Source: the human T2T-CHM13v2.0 reference genome, Homo sapiens
Length of the DNA stretch: 64,000 nt
Assembly (NCBI RefSeq): GCF_009914755.1
Contig: NC_060947.1
Strand: one strand, 5' to 3'
In this document: piece by piece, positions 1 to 14,600 of the stretch
Numbering within the stretch: position 1 is the stretch's first letter
How the letters are laid out: every line of letters starts with the position of its first letter
Translations under genes and position numbers: made by a program
Notes under the pieces: generated by a model
Seen by the model: the letters and a program-made list of their open reading frames with translations, nothing else
The model's database searches: none
Told to the model about the DNA's origin: nothing

Positions 1-450
1 TAGTACCTAGGATTATGAAAAAATTAAATAATTGACATAAGTAAAAATTATTGTTCACCAAAATACATCCCAGTATTTGTATTGTTTTCCTACAAGCGTG
101 GCCATGATCTATGCTAAAGAATATCCTATTTTACAATTGTATTCCTTTCAAATATATTTTATCTTCTCAGGTATGTGTAAATGTTTACTTCTTGCAAAAT
201 AATTACGGTGATAAGGGCAAGGCTATATTGATTTACTGTCTAGTATGCTTCATAAGTGGTCTACATGTTTAACCGATAAGTTAGCACCTCACACAATATA
301 TTCCCTTTTAAATCCCAAAATAAATGTTTGGTATTACAAACTTTCAGTACATTGTCTTTGAAATGTCAGCAGGAGTAACATTTTTTGAAGTCATGGAATT
401 TATGTTTGCATTTTCAAAGATGGCAGTGCAGTACTTCCATACAATGATTT

Positions 451-813
451 TACTTTGGTTTTCTGTTCCTGCGTGTTTGCTAAGGATGATGACTTCCAGC
501 TCCATCCGTGTTCCTGTAAAGGATATGAACTCATTCCTTTTTATGGCTGCAAAGAAAATACCACATGTTCTCATTTATGAGTTGGAGCTAACTGATGAGA
601 ACACATGGACACACAGAGGGAAACAGCAGACACTGAGGCCTACCTGAAGGTGGAGGGTGGGAGAAGGGAGAGGATCAGGAAAAATAACTAATGGGTACTA
701 GGCTTAATACCTGAGTGATAAACTAATCTATACAACATACCTCCATAACACGAGTTTACCTATATAAGAAACCTGAACATGTACTCCTGAATTTAAAATA
801 AATGTTTAAAAAA
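451..813 (+). mobile_element. Short 5'-truncated, 5'-inverted L1 (older L1PA-type 3' end)
   Basis: 451-551 is the reverse complement of the L1 ORF2 end (tgcagccataaaaaggaatgag...cagaaaaccaaa). 552-813 continues in sense (aaataccacatgttctc...gaggatcaggaaaaataactaatgggtactaggcttaatacctg) to an A-rich tail. The 3' end is the same type as 59230-59525. Confidence 0.85.
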
Positions 814-1228
814 TAGTTGTGCTTTGATATTTGCAGTTCATATATATATAATATATACATATACATATATATATATATTTTTTTTTAAGTGTGGCCAATC
901 GTACACCTTTAACATTGGGTATGGCAGCTGGAATATTGCAGATAACACAAAAACTGATACCACATTAAGGCCACAAATTAAGAAGATGAACTTTCTCAAA
1001 TGAGGGAGTGATTTTTCTTACCATGGTTTTCACTAATGTCAAATTGAATGGTAAGATGTGGGGCCATTGCAATGTTTTTCTTATGGTGAAATCACATGCA
1101 TTTTACCTTAACCTGTTAAGCAAATGTAAACTGGACTTGTGTCTTAGCTATATCACTGAGTCTAAAAACATTGACTCAATTTGTTTGTTGTGCCAAATTT
1201 TCAGCCAACTTAAATGGCATTGAACTGA

Positions 1229-1612
<384 letters not shown>

Positions 1613-3979
1613 TAAGCCCTCCAAATTTAATCTCTATAATATTGAAGTAGAAAATGTAATTGTTACATTTACATCTAAAATTTTGTTTATAATTTAATAA
1701 GTTGAATGATTAAATTTGTAAATATACAAGATCGGATTAGTTCATTCGAAGCTTACAGTGGAAGTCTTCCTTCATAGAAACAACTCAATTCCATGTTAAC
1801 CATGTGGTAGCTAATAAATGTGGCAGAAATTTATTTAAAAATAATTTATACTTTCTATTATTTAGACCAAATTATAGGATTCTGAAAGTTCACAATCTTT
1901 TCAGTTGATCATGACACATATGTTGTACTTTTAAACCAATAATCAATGTTATATAACCTTGAAATGATTCCAAACACCTATGTAGTTTGCTATATAAGTG
2001 ATACATTTTGCCGTGATAAGAACTTGGAGTTTATTCCCCATTCTCCTTAAGAAGGTGACACCTTATAAAAATCCATATGTGAATTATTGACCTCACCTCC
2101 TGCACTTCAAAATACATATAAACCCAAATTTGACAGACACTTTGAGAGCTTAGGCTGCAGCTGGCTATAAATCAGGAACATTTTCTGTGATAGGGCTGCA
2201 TTGTCAGCTGCTTCTCTGAGGACTAACAGGTCAGGTAGTGGCAAAGCAACATCTTTAGGCTTTGAGTTAACCTTTGAAGTCTTGTTGGTCAACAGAAACC
2301 TCATCTTCTTGTGTCAAAGGACCTGAAGTGCCTTCACAGATCTCCTACTATGTTGGATATCATCTCTCCTGAGAACCACTCCTATAAAGTCATACCTCAA
2401 AGTTGAATTAGACTTTACTTTCCACAGAGGCCTGCTTTTATTCAGATTTAGCAAGTAGACTAATAATTTTGAAACACACTTACTATGTGGTTAATGTACC
2501 TCGCCTATTGAGTGCATTCTCTGTGAGATTTGTTCATGTAATTCTCCCCCTCTTTAAACACTGCAAACCTAAGGGAAAAAAATTATATTTGTATGGCAAT
2601 AAACTGTGTCATTCCTGAAACTATGCTGTTATCATCTCCTTAGTTCTATGATACAAAACAACCACCAATTCAAAATAATACAATGTGAGTTCTAATATCA
2701 ATAATAACTCTTGAAAAATGAAGTACAGACTTAACATTTCATTTGAGAAACAGTGAATCAAAATATCACCAGGCAATAGTTACAAGGGATTCATTACCAT
2801 ATTTACACTGGAAGAATCTCCTCCAGGTTTTTTCTTAATGAAAGAAGTCATGTGGAATAGAAGTTTTTGTTTGCTTTTTCTTCTTACCAGATTTTATAAA
2901 GGTATTTCCTGAATTTCCCTGGGGAATCTACAGCTGGGAAATAAACTTTCATTTTTCAGTTACTTAGAAATTTTTAGGGAACAAGTTGTAACACAACTGG
3001 CATTTTAATTAAATGTTCTTATTAATGGACTGGCTGACACTTTCAAACATAGGTCTTGGTTTGTAAGAGACACAATGTGAAAGCAGAAATGTAAGAGATG
3101 CAATGTGAGAAGACAAACTATGTGACTCTGCAGTTGGCTAACACTTGAAAAGACAGTTTGCTTAAGTGTATAATATTCCAAGGTCACTGGTATTTCAGCA
3201 GATACACTGAAGAAGAATTAATATTTTATTTTTATTGTTGGATATTAAATGCAAAAATCCATCCTGTTTCTGACCATAAGAGTTACAGTGATTAGATTTG
3301 CTCTTCCTACACAAAGAATAGTAAATCTGGATAAACGTATAAAATGACTTTCCATAGAATGGAAATTAAGCAGTACAAGTATGAGATAAAGGGAAAAAAT
3401 AACTGGGTCCTTAAAAGCCTCTTGGCTCTCTGCTTGGAGGTGATTTCAACACTAAAAAAGGACGATTCACTTAGCTGAAAAAAGGTGATATCAGGTGGAG
3501 TGTAGAGTATTAATGAGTTGAGAAGAGAAATATTAGAATTTAGAGAGTGAGGTGGCAGAAAGTAAAAGGAAAATGTTTATCAGAGGAGAGAGAGAGAAAA
3601 AAGGGTCTCCAGCCCTCCATTAAGACCTTAATTTGTGTCAAAGATTAAGTGTTATGATTTACCAAAAGTTGAATATATAAAGAAACAATTTTTGGTAACA
3701 CTTTTGTTCAAAGGCAGAATAAAATATGTGAGTTAAAATTTGATGAGACAAACTCATGATCTACATTATATACAGTTTTCTCCCACTGGATAACTAATTT
3801 TTTTCATGAATTTTTTATATTGGGGCTCAAAGAAAGTTTAGATTAATAAATGTACCACCAAATCTAAAATTTAAAAATAAAATAAAAAATAAATGTGTAG
3901 ACTTATTTTCTAGAATTGTAAGTAATAAGATGAACTCACATTTATTTTGTGCCTTATATAAAATTGCTAATTTTTATGT

Positions 3980-4075
3980 TTTCACAACACTCCTATGAGA
4001 AAAGCATATCATTTCTTATAGATGAGATAACTATGGCTCCTAGTGATCGAGACTGAAAGTAGTATAGTTAGAATG
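3980..4075 (-). mobile_element. MIR fragment
   Basis: cacaacactcctatgag...tatagatgagataactatggctc resembles the reverse-complement MIR core. Confidence 0.45.
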
Positions 4076-4300
4076 TGAATATGTATTTATGTTACTTTAA
4101 AGATAACACATATAGGAGAAGAATCATACACTAGGGGCCTATTAACACATATATGTATCCACATATATAATGACACCCCAACATGGAATATATATCTATA
4201 AATGAAGGTAAATAAGAAGTATGTAAAAACATGCTGCACATCATGTGTCATTAGAAATTGGAATGAGAACCACTACATAACTAGTAGAACAACTAAATGC

Positions 4301-4355
4301 ATAAAATAAAATAAAATAAAATAAAATAAAATAAAATAAAATAAAATAAAATAAA
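4301..4355 (+). repeat. (TAAAA)n microsatellite
   Basis: About 11 perfect pentamer units read directly. Confidence 0.95.
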
Positions 4356-4825
4356 GTGTAAAAACATGCATGCACAAAGAAATCCTATTGCAAATGGTTA
4401 TAGCTGCTTTATCCATAATTACCAAAACCTGGAAGCAAATAATATGTCCTTGAGTGGATGAATGGACAAACTGTGGTACATCCATTCAATAGAATATTAT
4501 TCAGGAATAAAAATAAATTAGCTACCAAAAACCAAAAAGACATAGATGAGTTTTAAATGCATGTTGCTACATGAAAGAGACCAGTCTATAGAGCTAGATA
4601 CTGTATAATTCCAATTATATGACATACTGAAAAGGCAAAACTACAGAAATGATAAACACATTAGTGGTTGCCATGAGTTGAAAGGGTGAGAGAATGTTTG
4701 AATAGGTGAACTACAGAAGACTTTTTAGGGAAGTGACATTATCATGTATGTTATTGTAATGATGGATTTGAAACATTGAGCATTTATCCAGTCTCATAAA
4801 ATTTTATGCACTAAGAGTAAGTCTG

Positions 4826-5120
4826 GGCTAGGTGTGGTGGCTCACGCCTATCATTCCAGCACTTTGGGAGGCTGAGGAAGGCGGATCACTTGAGGTCAGA
4901 AGTTTGAGACCAGCCTGACCAACATGGAGAAACCCTGTCTCTACTAAAAATACAAAATTAGCTGGGTGTGGTGGCACATGCCTGAAATCCCAGCTACTCG
5001 GGAGGGAGAGGCAGGAGAATTGCTGAACCCAGGAGGTGGAGGTTGCGATGAGCCGAGATTGCACCATTGCACTCCAGCCTGGGCAACAAGAGTGAAACTG
5101 TCTCAAAAAAAAAAAAAAAG
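4826..5120 (+). mobile_element. Full-length AluSp-like element
   Basis: Dimeric Alu with ccaacatggagaaacc and caacaagagtgaaact, a poly(A) tail, and direct repeat agtaagtctg on both sides. Confidence 0.93.
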
Positions 5121-6424
5121 AATAGTAAGTCTGAATGTACACAAACATTTTTTTAAATAATTGAGAAGATTAAGACTCCAGGGATGGAATGCAGAATCAT
5201 CTGACAAAATAAAATGTACTAAAACTATGTGAAATATATGAAATGACCTCAATGAAGGAGATGGAAGAGTCTGTAGGACTAAAGGCAAAAGAAACTGTGT
5301 AGAAGCACTGTTTAAGTTTAGAAAACCATTTCCCATAAGGATATGGGTGAGCAATTCTGAAATTACTATACATATATATTGAAATTGAGTAATTAATAAG
5401 TGTATGACAGAATGTAGAAGCCGGTTTTCTGTGTTTGTTTTTGTTTATGCTTTTACTGTTGGAGTGAGAGGTTAAATATTAACAAAGAGAGGAGGAAGCT
5501 GGGATCATATATATGGTAATTAAATAATGTTAGAGACATTGGTATGTATTTATATATATATGATAATAGAGAAATGAATACATATATAAATATTTATAGG
5601 TAAGTCTATAATACAAAGGTTAGTATTCACAACTATATCTTTTTACTCTGTCAGGTGAGAGAGCCTAAAAGCAATTATATGCCATTAGCAAAGATTACAC
5701 CCAGCACCTGAATCTTGTTTTCTACTATAATTATTCAATAAAAGAAACCACATCTCCTTAAAGAAATGACTGATTCTACAAATAGGGAAGAAAACACGTA
5801 AGGCAAGCCTGGTGCATCTTATAGCACCAGAAAGTAAGACAGTACCTTAAAAATCAGATCATTTTAAGGTTCATCAAAGGGCTATAAGAGCAAATAAAAA
5901 GAACTATCAATGGTTAAAGCTGGAAAAAATTGAGCAACATAATAAATGAGCTTGTATTGGATAATAATCCACAACAAAAACATTTTGTTCATACTGATAT
6001 AAATTAATGAGTTACTGAATAAATAAATGAGTAGAGAAGAATAACTACATCTTTCACACAAAAGAATTCTAAATAATTTATGTAGAGAATCTGCCCTTAA
6101 GGAGGTGGAATGTAACTCCCCATTCCTTAAATCTGAGCTGCACACACATATAATATGGATAGGGTGGGAATGAAAGTGACTTTACACTGGAGAAAACTAG
6201 AAAACATTATCTAAGGCAGGTGACCAATGTTAACATCAATGGTGATGCGTCGTGTTGAGAGTATGTATCATTGATATGATGTCATGACGATGATGTTTTA
6301 CACCTCAGGATTTCCATATATTACTCCAGTCTAATTATGAGATAAACATCAGAGAAATTCCATTTGGGGGACATTCTGAAAAATACCTGACCAGTGCTCT
6401 TCAAAACTGTAAAACAGTACTTGA

Positions 6425-8420
6425 GGAAAGGGGAGCAAGGTGGCAGAACAGAAGGCTCCACTAACCGTGTCACCTGCAAGAACACAAACGTAACAACAAT
6501 CTACAAAAAACACCATTATAAGAACCAAAAATTAGATGAGCACCTGATTATAACTTTATATTGCTGAAAGAGGCACTGAAGAGGTAGAAAAAAATAGTCT
6601 TGAATGCTAACACCACTCCTCCTTCATCCCCTGGCAGTGTCCATGTGGTGTGGAGAACATTTCTGTGTGCTGGGAAGAGGAATAGTGTAGCAATTGTGAG
6701 ACATTGAACTCATTGCTGCAGTGCTATAGCAGAAAGAAAACAAAAGCAAACTCAGCCGATGCCCACCCAAAGAGGGTGCATTTAAGCCAGCCCTAGCTAG
6801 AGGGGAATTGCCAATCTCAGTGGCCCTTACTTGAGTTTCTGCAAGCTTCATCACCATGGGCTAAATTGCTATGGGTCTCCAAGTAAACTTGAAAGGCTGC
6901 TTGAGGAGATGAGAGGCAAGAGCGGGGAGGGCTTTGTCTTGCTTCTTGAATACCAGCTCAGCCACAGCAGGATAGAGCACGAGTCAGTCATGAGATCCCC
7001 TTTCCAGGCCCCAGCTCCTGGATGATGTTGCTAGACACACTCTGTGTAAGAAGAGAACCGACTCCCTTGAAGGAAAGGAGCCAAATTCTGGCATAATTCA
7101 TCAACTGCTAACTGAAGAGCCCTTGGGCCCTGAATAACTAGCAGCGATACCCTGGTACTATGTCAAGGGCTTGGGGTGACACTCTGAGACTTGCTGGCTT
7201 CAGTAGAGACTCAAAACATTCTCAGCTCTGGTGGCTACAAAGCAAGAATCCTTCTGCTTGAGAAAACTAGAGGGAAAAGTAAAGGGGACTTTGTCTTGCA
7301 CGTTAGGTACCAGCTTAGCCACAGGGGTTTACAGCACTAAGTGTGCTCTTGAGGTCCCTGATTCCAAGATTTGGATCTTGGACAACATTTTTGGACCTGT
7401 GCTTGGCCGGAGGGGCGCCCACTCCCCTGAAGGTTGAGGGGCGGGTCTCAGGCAAGGCAGCAATCACCACAAGCTGACTGAAGAGCCCTTGGGCCTTAAG
7501 GAGTCATCGGCCATAGCCTGACAGCACCCTCTGTGGATGTGTGGAGGCAGTGGCCACAAGATGAGGCTCCTCTGCCTTTGGAAAGAGAAAGGAAGTGTGG
7601 GAAGGACTGGGCTTTCTGGTTCGAGTGCCAGCTCTGTTGCAGTACAATAAAATACCAGGTAGACTGCTAAGGTTTTTGACTATAGTCCCTAGCTCCTGGT
7701 AGGCACCTCTGGACCCACTCCAGGTCTGGGAAAACTCACCACCATGAAGGGAAAGACAAAGGCCTGGCTGGCTTTACCACCTCCTAATTGTAGAGCCCCA
7801 GGCCCTTGAGTAAACACAGTAAGTAGTCAGGGAATGGTTACAGCAGGCCTTGGGTGAGACCCAGTGCCATACTAACTTCAGGTCTGACCTAGTGCTGTCC
7901 TAGGTGTGGTGACCACAGGGATGCTTGTGTCACAAAAACTACAGTTCCAAGTAGCTCAAAGGAGAGAAAGAGACTCTGGGAGAAAGTAAGGGGAGAGAGC
8001 AAGAGTCTCTGCCTTGTAATTCAGAGAATTCTTCCATATCTTGCCCAGGACTATCAAGATGGTACCTATATAAGTCTGCAAAAAACAGTGTTAATGAGCT
8101 TGTGGTGCCCCCTAAAGCAGATACAGCTTAGATCACAACAACCAAGTCTTTTCGAAAATCTGGAAAGCCTTTCCAAGAAGGATGAGGATAAATAAGCCCA
8201 GACTAAGAAAACTACAATAAAAACCTAACTCTTTGATGCCCAGACAGAGATGAACATCTATTAGTATCAAGAACATACAGGAAAACATGACCTCACCAAA
8301 TTAACAGAATAAAGCACCAGGGACTAATCCTAGAAAAAAAGAGGTATGTGACCTTTCAGACAGAAAATGTAAAATAGCTGTTTTGAGGAAACTCAAAGAA
8401 ATTAAAGATAACAGAGAGGG
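6425..8420 (+). mobile_element. L1M1/L1MA-type 5' UTR and start of ORF1
   Basis: Starts ggagcaaggtggcagaacagaaggctccac, followed by a GC-richer UTR and then ORF1-like caggaaaacatgacctcaccaaat...aaatagctgttttgaggaaactcaaagaa. Homologous to 41240-42510 on the other strand. Confidence 0.8.
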
Positions 8421-8772
8421 ATTTTAAAATTACACCCAGCTTTCTTCTGCTCTATTAAATATTAGTTCATGCAAGCTGTGTTTTAAGCACTGTCGCTCAG
8501 GCTTAATTTTCTAACCTCTTCTCTCACCGCCCTCAGATTACTGTTGAAAATAAAGAGTGGTATTTATTGGTTTTATATTATGTGTAGAGGTGAATTTATA
8601 TATTCTTTTTGAAGATAGGTAGTATATGAATAAAATTTTTCCTACACGAATTAAAATTTCTCATATTGGCTTTTCAGTCATAGTGATGTAGCATTCCAAA
8701 TATTAATAAGTTGTTTTTAAATTTTTAGTTAGATAAGTGTAGCTCACCTGCATTAAAAAATCTATTTTATCA

Positions 8773-9213
<441 letters not shown>

Positions 9214-9871
9214 CTAAATATATTTAATAATCAAATAGGTCAGAAGAAAATAAATAAATACAAAGAGATAGGGTAAGGAGAGAAGGATTTGTGGTAAGCA
9301 GAGATAATTTATCAAAAGGTAGCATGTATTTGAAAACAAACAAAAATATATGTCAAATGTAATTTTAAAACATTAATGTTGGTACAGTCTCTTCAGTTGG
9401 AAATAAAACTCAGAATGTCTATAATACCAAAAGAGGTTTAACAAAAAGAGAACAAAAAACCCTTGCAGATTTGATTTCACATTAAAAGTGAATTCCCAAG
9501 TCAATTAATTATGGTTTCCATAGTTTCAAGCAGACATATATGGATTTTAAATATACAGTATTAGACTCCTCAACAATGATTTTCTCTCTAGAAAGCACAA
9601 ATAAATAGAGTCAATAATGTGAGTTTCCTTTTGTATTTAATCATTTAAGTTTCAATAGAAGGTACTTTGTAATTAGATATTTCCTTCTTTTTCCTCCTCT
9701 GTTAAAAAAAGCTAAGAAGTAGTATTTTCTTTTTTGCTTACGGAAGTTTTTCTTGCACCAGAAAAGACTTTTAACATGTGAAATAGAATTTTACAGACTA
9801 AACTAACCAGCCTACAAATCTTCTTATACTCTAAAATTTATGCAGATATTTTAAGTTACAGAATACATTTA

Positions 9872-10199
9872 CAGATGTTCCTGGACTTAACGATGGTGTT
9901 ACATCTTTATAAACTCATCATAGCTTGAACATACCATAAGTCAAAAATGCATCTAATACACCTAACCTATTGAACAATTATAGTTTAGCCTACATTATAG
10001 TTTAGCCTAAATGTGCTTGGGACACTTATATTAGCCTATAATTGGGCAAAATTATCTAACACAATGGCTATTTTATAATAAAGTATTAAATACATAATGT
10101 ATTGACTACTGTACTGAATGTGGAAAACAGAATGGCTGTGTGGGTACTCCAAGGATAATTTCTACTGAATGCACATTTCTTTTGCATCATACATATCTG
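9872..10199. mobile_element. MER47A-like non-autonomous Tigger (TcMar) element
   Basis: ta|cagatgttcctggacttaacgatgg...aaaatgcatctaatacacctaacct...gaaaacagaatggctgtgtgggtactc...atctg|ta matches the recalled MER47A consensus, with TA flanks. Confidence 0.75.
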
Positions 10200-10979
10200 T
10201 ATGACCTTACTAAGCATGGTAAACTTGACTAAAGCCTGATTCTTGTTCATTAAAAATGCTTATTAATGTCATTTTCTTCCAGCAGGAAAACCAGTGAGTA
10301 CCATCCAAATAATAATTTTAAAGACATTCTTCAACAATGTGATTATTCTAACTCCAAAACAGATAAAATAAAAGGTAAATAAATAAATGGACGTGAATTT
10401 CATACTTGATATTTTGCCAAATTAAATATTATCACTTTTGTATCATTATACATAAATATACCTCTTCTTATATATTTAATGGTTTATATTCCCCTCCCCT
10501 TCACATTGTGGCATTATGTTACTAGAATGTACTTCTTGGAATATAACTGTGTTATCTAAACTAGAAATATATTAAGACTTTTTTAAAAATATTCACTCAG
10601 TTTACCAGTATTTACTAGAATTCAAAAAAATAGTCGCAAACTTTCAAGTAATATTTATATAAGAAGTTCAGATAAATAATTGGAATATTTTTAATTATAG
10701 ACTACAACAAAGGACGTTGATGATTCAGGGTAACAGTGGAGAGTCAGGAAGAAGGGAGAAGAGAGTGAATTTGCATTATGTAGTGGTGAATAGAAACTTT
10801 ATTTTCTTTTAAATTTGACTGAGAGCTGTTCTGCCACAAAATTTTTATTTAGGTGCATTGTAGATGTATGTATATGCACATTTCTGTTAGTGAGTGTATA
10901 TGTATGTCTTTCCTATACATCTTGTGTTTAAAGTAATAAAAACATATATTCATAGGTAATTACACTACTTTTAAGCTTA

Positions 10980-11090
10980 ATCTTTTTGAGCCACAGTTTT
11001 CTTATCTAAGTAAGAAATAATATGCCTCTCTCATAAGATTTTTGTGAAAATTAAAAACTGGCAACTTGATATAAAGCATAAAATAAATGT
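10980..11090 (+). mobile_element. MIR fragment
   Basis: tgagccacagttttcttatctaagt...cataagatttttgtgaaaattaaa is MIR core-like. Confidence 0.5.
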
Positions 11091-11619
11091 GAATTCATCC
11101 TGTTGATTACTATCAAAAAAAAATAGGAAATCCAACTATATATTCATTGAGTCAAAAAATAAATACTTCATAGAAAGGAAATAGCTCTACAACAGCCAAA
11201 ACCAATATGATGGATCTATCACAAATTATAATCGCTCATAGAATTATAACTCATATTTTTTCTGCCTCTGAAGAAAACTATAAACACTTTCAAATATATG
11301 TTTTATAAAGTTTTAACTTTAGATAAACCACAACTTAATCTGAGTCAACATCACACACAAAAGAATTACCAATGTTGTAACATTTCAATATGATCAGTTT
11401 GTCTTCAGCTTTATTAAAAATGAGCAAAAGCAAAAACAACTAGATAAAAACAAGCAAACATATCTAATTTAATAGATATGGGAGCTACCTCTTAAAGTAA
11501 CTTGGGCTTGAGAAGCCAAATACCTGGGAAAGTCGAACCAGAAAAACAATCAACATTGATATTATGGAATTGGATATGTAACTCTGGGAATTTTCAACTA
11601 TATTAATGTCAGTTATGAA

Positions 11620-14600
11620 ATGTATTGTTTTCTTCCTTCTACTTTAGAATTAATTCATTCTTCTAATTCTGTGCTTTCAAAATTAAAGTTTAGGTCATTG
11701 ATTTTAAATATTTTTTCACTTGCTAATGTAAGCATCAATAAATGCTTATATTATACTCCTTTCCCTCTCACTGCTGCTTTAACTTCCTCCCACTAATTTA
11801 TATATATTTTTTCTTTCATTATATTAGATAAAAAATAATTTATAATTTTCTTGTGATTTACTCTTTGATATTGTCATTTAAAAATATTTTATTCAAACTT
11901 TATCCAATTTTGGATATAATTTTGTTTTTTTTTTTGGTTTTAGTCAGAAAGCATATATTACATAATTTCTATTATTTGAAATGCATTAAGTATTATTTTT
12001 CTGGTCCAATATTGGCCTCCGTTAGCGAATGTTCCATGAGTATTTGGAAAAAATACTAGATATAATGTTTTCCAGATGACTATTTGGTCATAATATATGA
12101 TAGTATTAAAATATACAACTATAACTTTGATTTGATTGATGAATAAACATTACATATTTTGTTTTTGGTGTCTTGAAGGTCTGCTTTCATATTCATGCAC
12201 ACTAAAATTAATTATTTCCTCTTTAACATTGACCCTTTGATTGACCCTTTGATTCTTATGAAATGCCACTCTTTATCTCTTGTAATATACTCTGACGTGG
12301 AGCCTGTTTGATTTGTTGTTAAATACCTAACGAGAGTTTGCTTGCATCCTATCTCTCTCTTTCTAAACACTTTATTGATGTATAATTACCATAATATGAG
12401 AATATAAAATGCACCTATTAAAAGTGTACAGTTCAATGGCTTCTAGTATATTCACAAGGTTGGGCAACCATCATCATAATTTAAATTTTGAACATATATA
12501 TTTCAAGATAAAACTACTTTATCAGATATAATCATTGCAAATATTGTCTCCCATTCTTTGGATTGTCTCTTTACTTTTTAAAATTATATCCTTTGACACA
12601 GAAAAGTATTTAATTGGATGAAATACAATCTATCATTTTGTTGATTGTGCTTTTAATATCATATCTAAGAAACCATCAACTAATCCAAGCTTATTAAGAT
12701 GTATGTGTATTTTCTTCTAAGTGTTTTATACTTTTAGATCTTATGTACAGATTTTTAATCTGTTAACCTTCTTAAACATGATATGAGGTAACAATCCCAT
12801 TTTATTCATTTGCATGTGGGTGTCCAGTTGTCCCAGCACCATTTGCTGAATGACTATTATTTCTCATTAAATGGCCTTGGCACCCTTGTCAAAAATCAGT
12901 TGAACATGGATGCATATTTCTGTTTCTGGACTCTCAATTCTATTCCATTTTTTTCCATGTCTAATGCTTTTGCCAGTAACACTGCATTGATTATTGTCAC
13001 TTTCTAGTTAAGTATTGAAACTGGGAAATGTGTGTCTTACTACTTTGTTCTTCCTTTTAAATATTGTTTCGTTAATCTGAGTCCCTTGCAATTCTATATA
13101 CATTTAAAATTTAGAACCAGCTCACTAATTTCTATAAATAAAATAACAAGCCTTGTGTTGCATCTGTAAGTCAATTTGGGAAGCATTTTCACCTTACGAT
13201 ATAAACTTTTCAGTTCTATAATCATTAAGTATTTTTCCCACGTATTATTGTCTTTAATTTCTTTAAACAATTGTTTACGGTTTTCAGAGTACAAGTTTTT
13301 AAGTTTATTTCTAGGTATTTTATTATTTTGGTACTATTGTAAATAAAATCGTTCTCAATTTTATTTTCAGATTCTTTGTTTCAAGTTTAAAAAAGTAAAA
13401 TTAATGTTTGTTTATTGATCTTATATACTGCAGTTGTGCTGAACTCATTTACGTGTTCTAATATTTGTCATTAATTCCTCAAGATATTCTACACTCAAGA
13501 CCATTTCATCTGTGAATTGAGATAGTTTTACCTCTTCCTTTCAAATCTGAATGTTTACTATTTCTTTTGCATATCTAATTCCCCTGGATAGTACTGCCAG
13601 TGAAATTTTAAATAGATGTAATGAGAGTAGATACTTTTGTCTTATTTCTGATCTTAAGGAGAAAGAATCCAGTCTTTCATGGTTAAGTGTAATATTAGCT
13701 GCGGGGTTTTTTTGTGCATACTCTTTATCAGGTTGAGGAAGTTTTCTTCTATTCCTAGTTAATTGAGTGGTTTTATCATGAAATTACATTTGATTTGGTC
13801 AAATGCTTTTTCAGTGTCTATTGAGATGGTCCTCTGATTTTTATCTCTTATTCTATTGATGTGATGTGTTAATTTCGTTAATTGTTAGATATTAAGCCAA
13901 TATTACCTTCAAGGTATAAATCTCATTTGGCAATGGTGTATATTTCTTCTTATAAGTTGCAGGTTTCAGTTTGCCATTAGAGTTTATCTTTGAATAACAT
14001 GGGCTTGAAATGTGTGGATTTTTTTTCAACAAATACATTAGCAAAATATCTGGGGATTTGTGATAATTTGAAAAAACCCACGGTCAACATAGTCAAGGAA
14101 TTTTGATACAAAGAAGTATGGAATGTCATGAATGCATAAAATATATGTATATACTAGTCTATCTTATTATTCACTACTGTAGAATATATACATATCTATT
14201 ACAAAATTTAAAATTTATCAAAACGTACAGACATATTTCCAGACCATACGTGGCACCACTAGCAGTCAAGAGAAATGTAAACAAATGTAAAGGTGAAGTA
14301 TTAAATAATAATTGCATAAATATAATCATAGTATATACATGAAGACAATGAGGACGAAGACCTCTATTATGATCCACTTCCACTTAATGAATACTAAATA
14401 TATTTTCTTTTCTTTATGATTTTCTTAAAAACATTTTTTCTCTAGTTCACTTTATTGTAAGAGTACAGTATTTAATAAATATAATATACAAATTTGTGTT
14501 AGTCAATTGTTTATGTTATCTGTAAGGCTTCTAGGCAACAGTATGCTATTACTTGTTGTTTTTGGGGAGGCCATCATTATCCTGGTAACCAAAACAGACA

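Larger units (their letters stand above)
4205..6420 (+). mobile_element. Old L1M (L1MC/L1MD-type) ORF2 end and 3' UTR, interrupted by an Alu
   Basis: Motifs gatgaatggacaaactgtggtacatccatt, ctgtataattccaattatatgacat and aaggaggtggaatgtaactcccc...ttacactggagaaaact are typical of L1MC/MD 3' ends. Confidence 0.7.

Noticed and set aside
4222-4369. 13-bp direct repeat tgtaaaaacatgc around a short segment ending in (TAAAA)n, resembling a TSD-flanked insertion
   Set aside because: Both copies can be read as parts of the same old L1 on either side of a deletion. I cannot separate this from coincidence.
10270-10300. Possible micro-exon ttttcttccag|caggaaaacca|gtgagt
   Set aside because: It is 11 nt (or 8 nt), not frame-preserving, with no partner exons. 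Such motifs arise by chance.
9977-12252. Short tandem duplications (17 bp at ~9977; 12 bp at ~12229)
   Set aside because: Ordinary slippage events within decayed repeats. They are not arrays with spacers, so not CRISPR-like.
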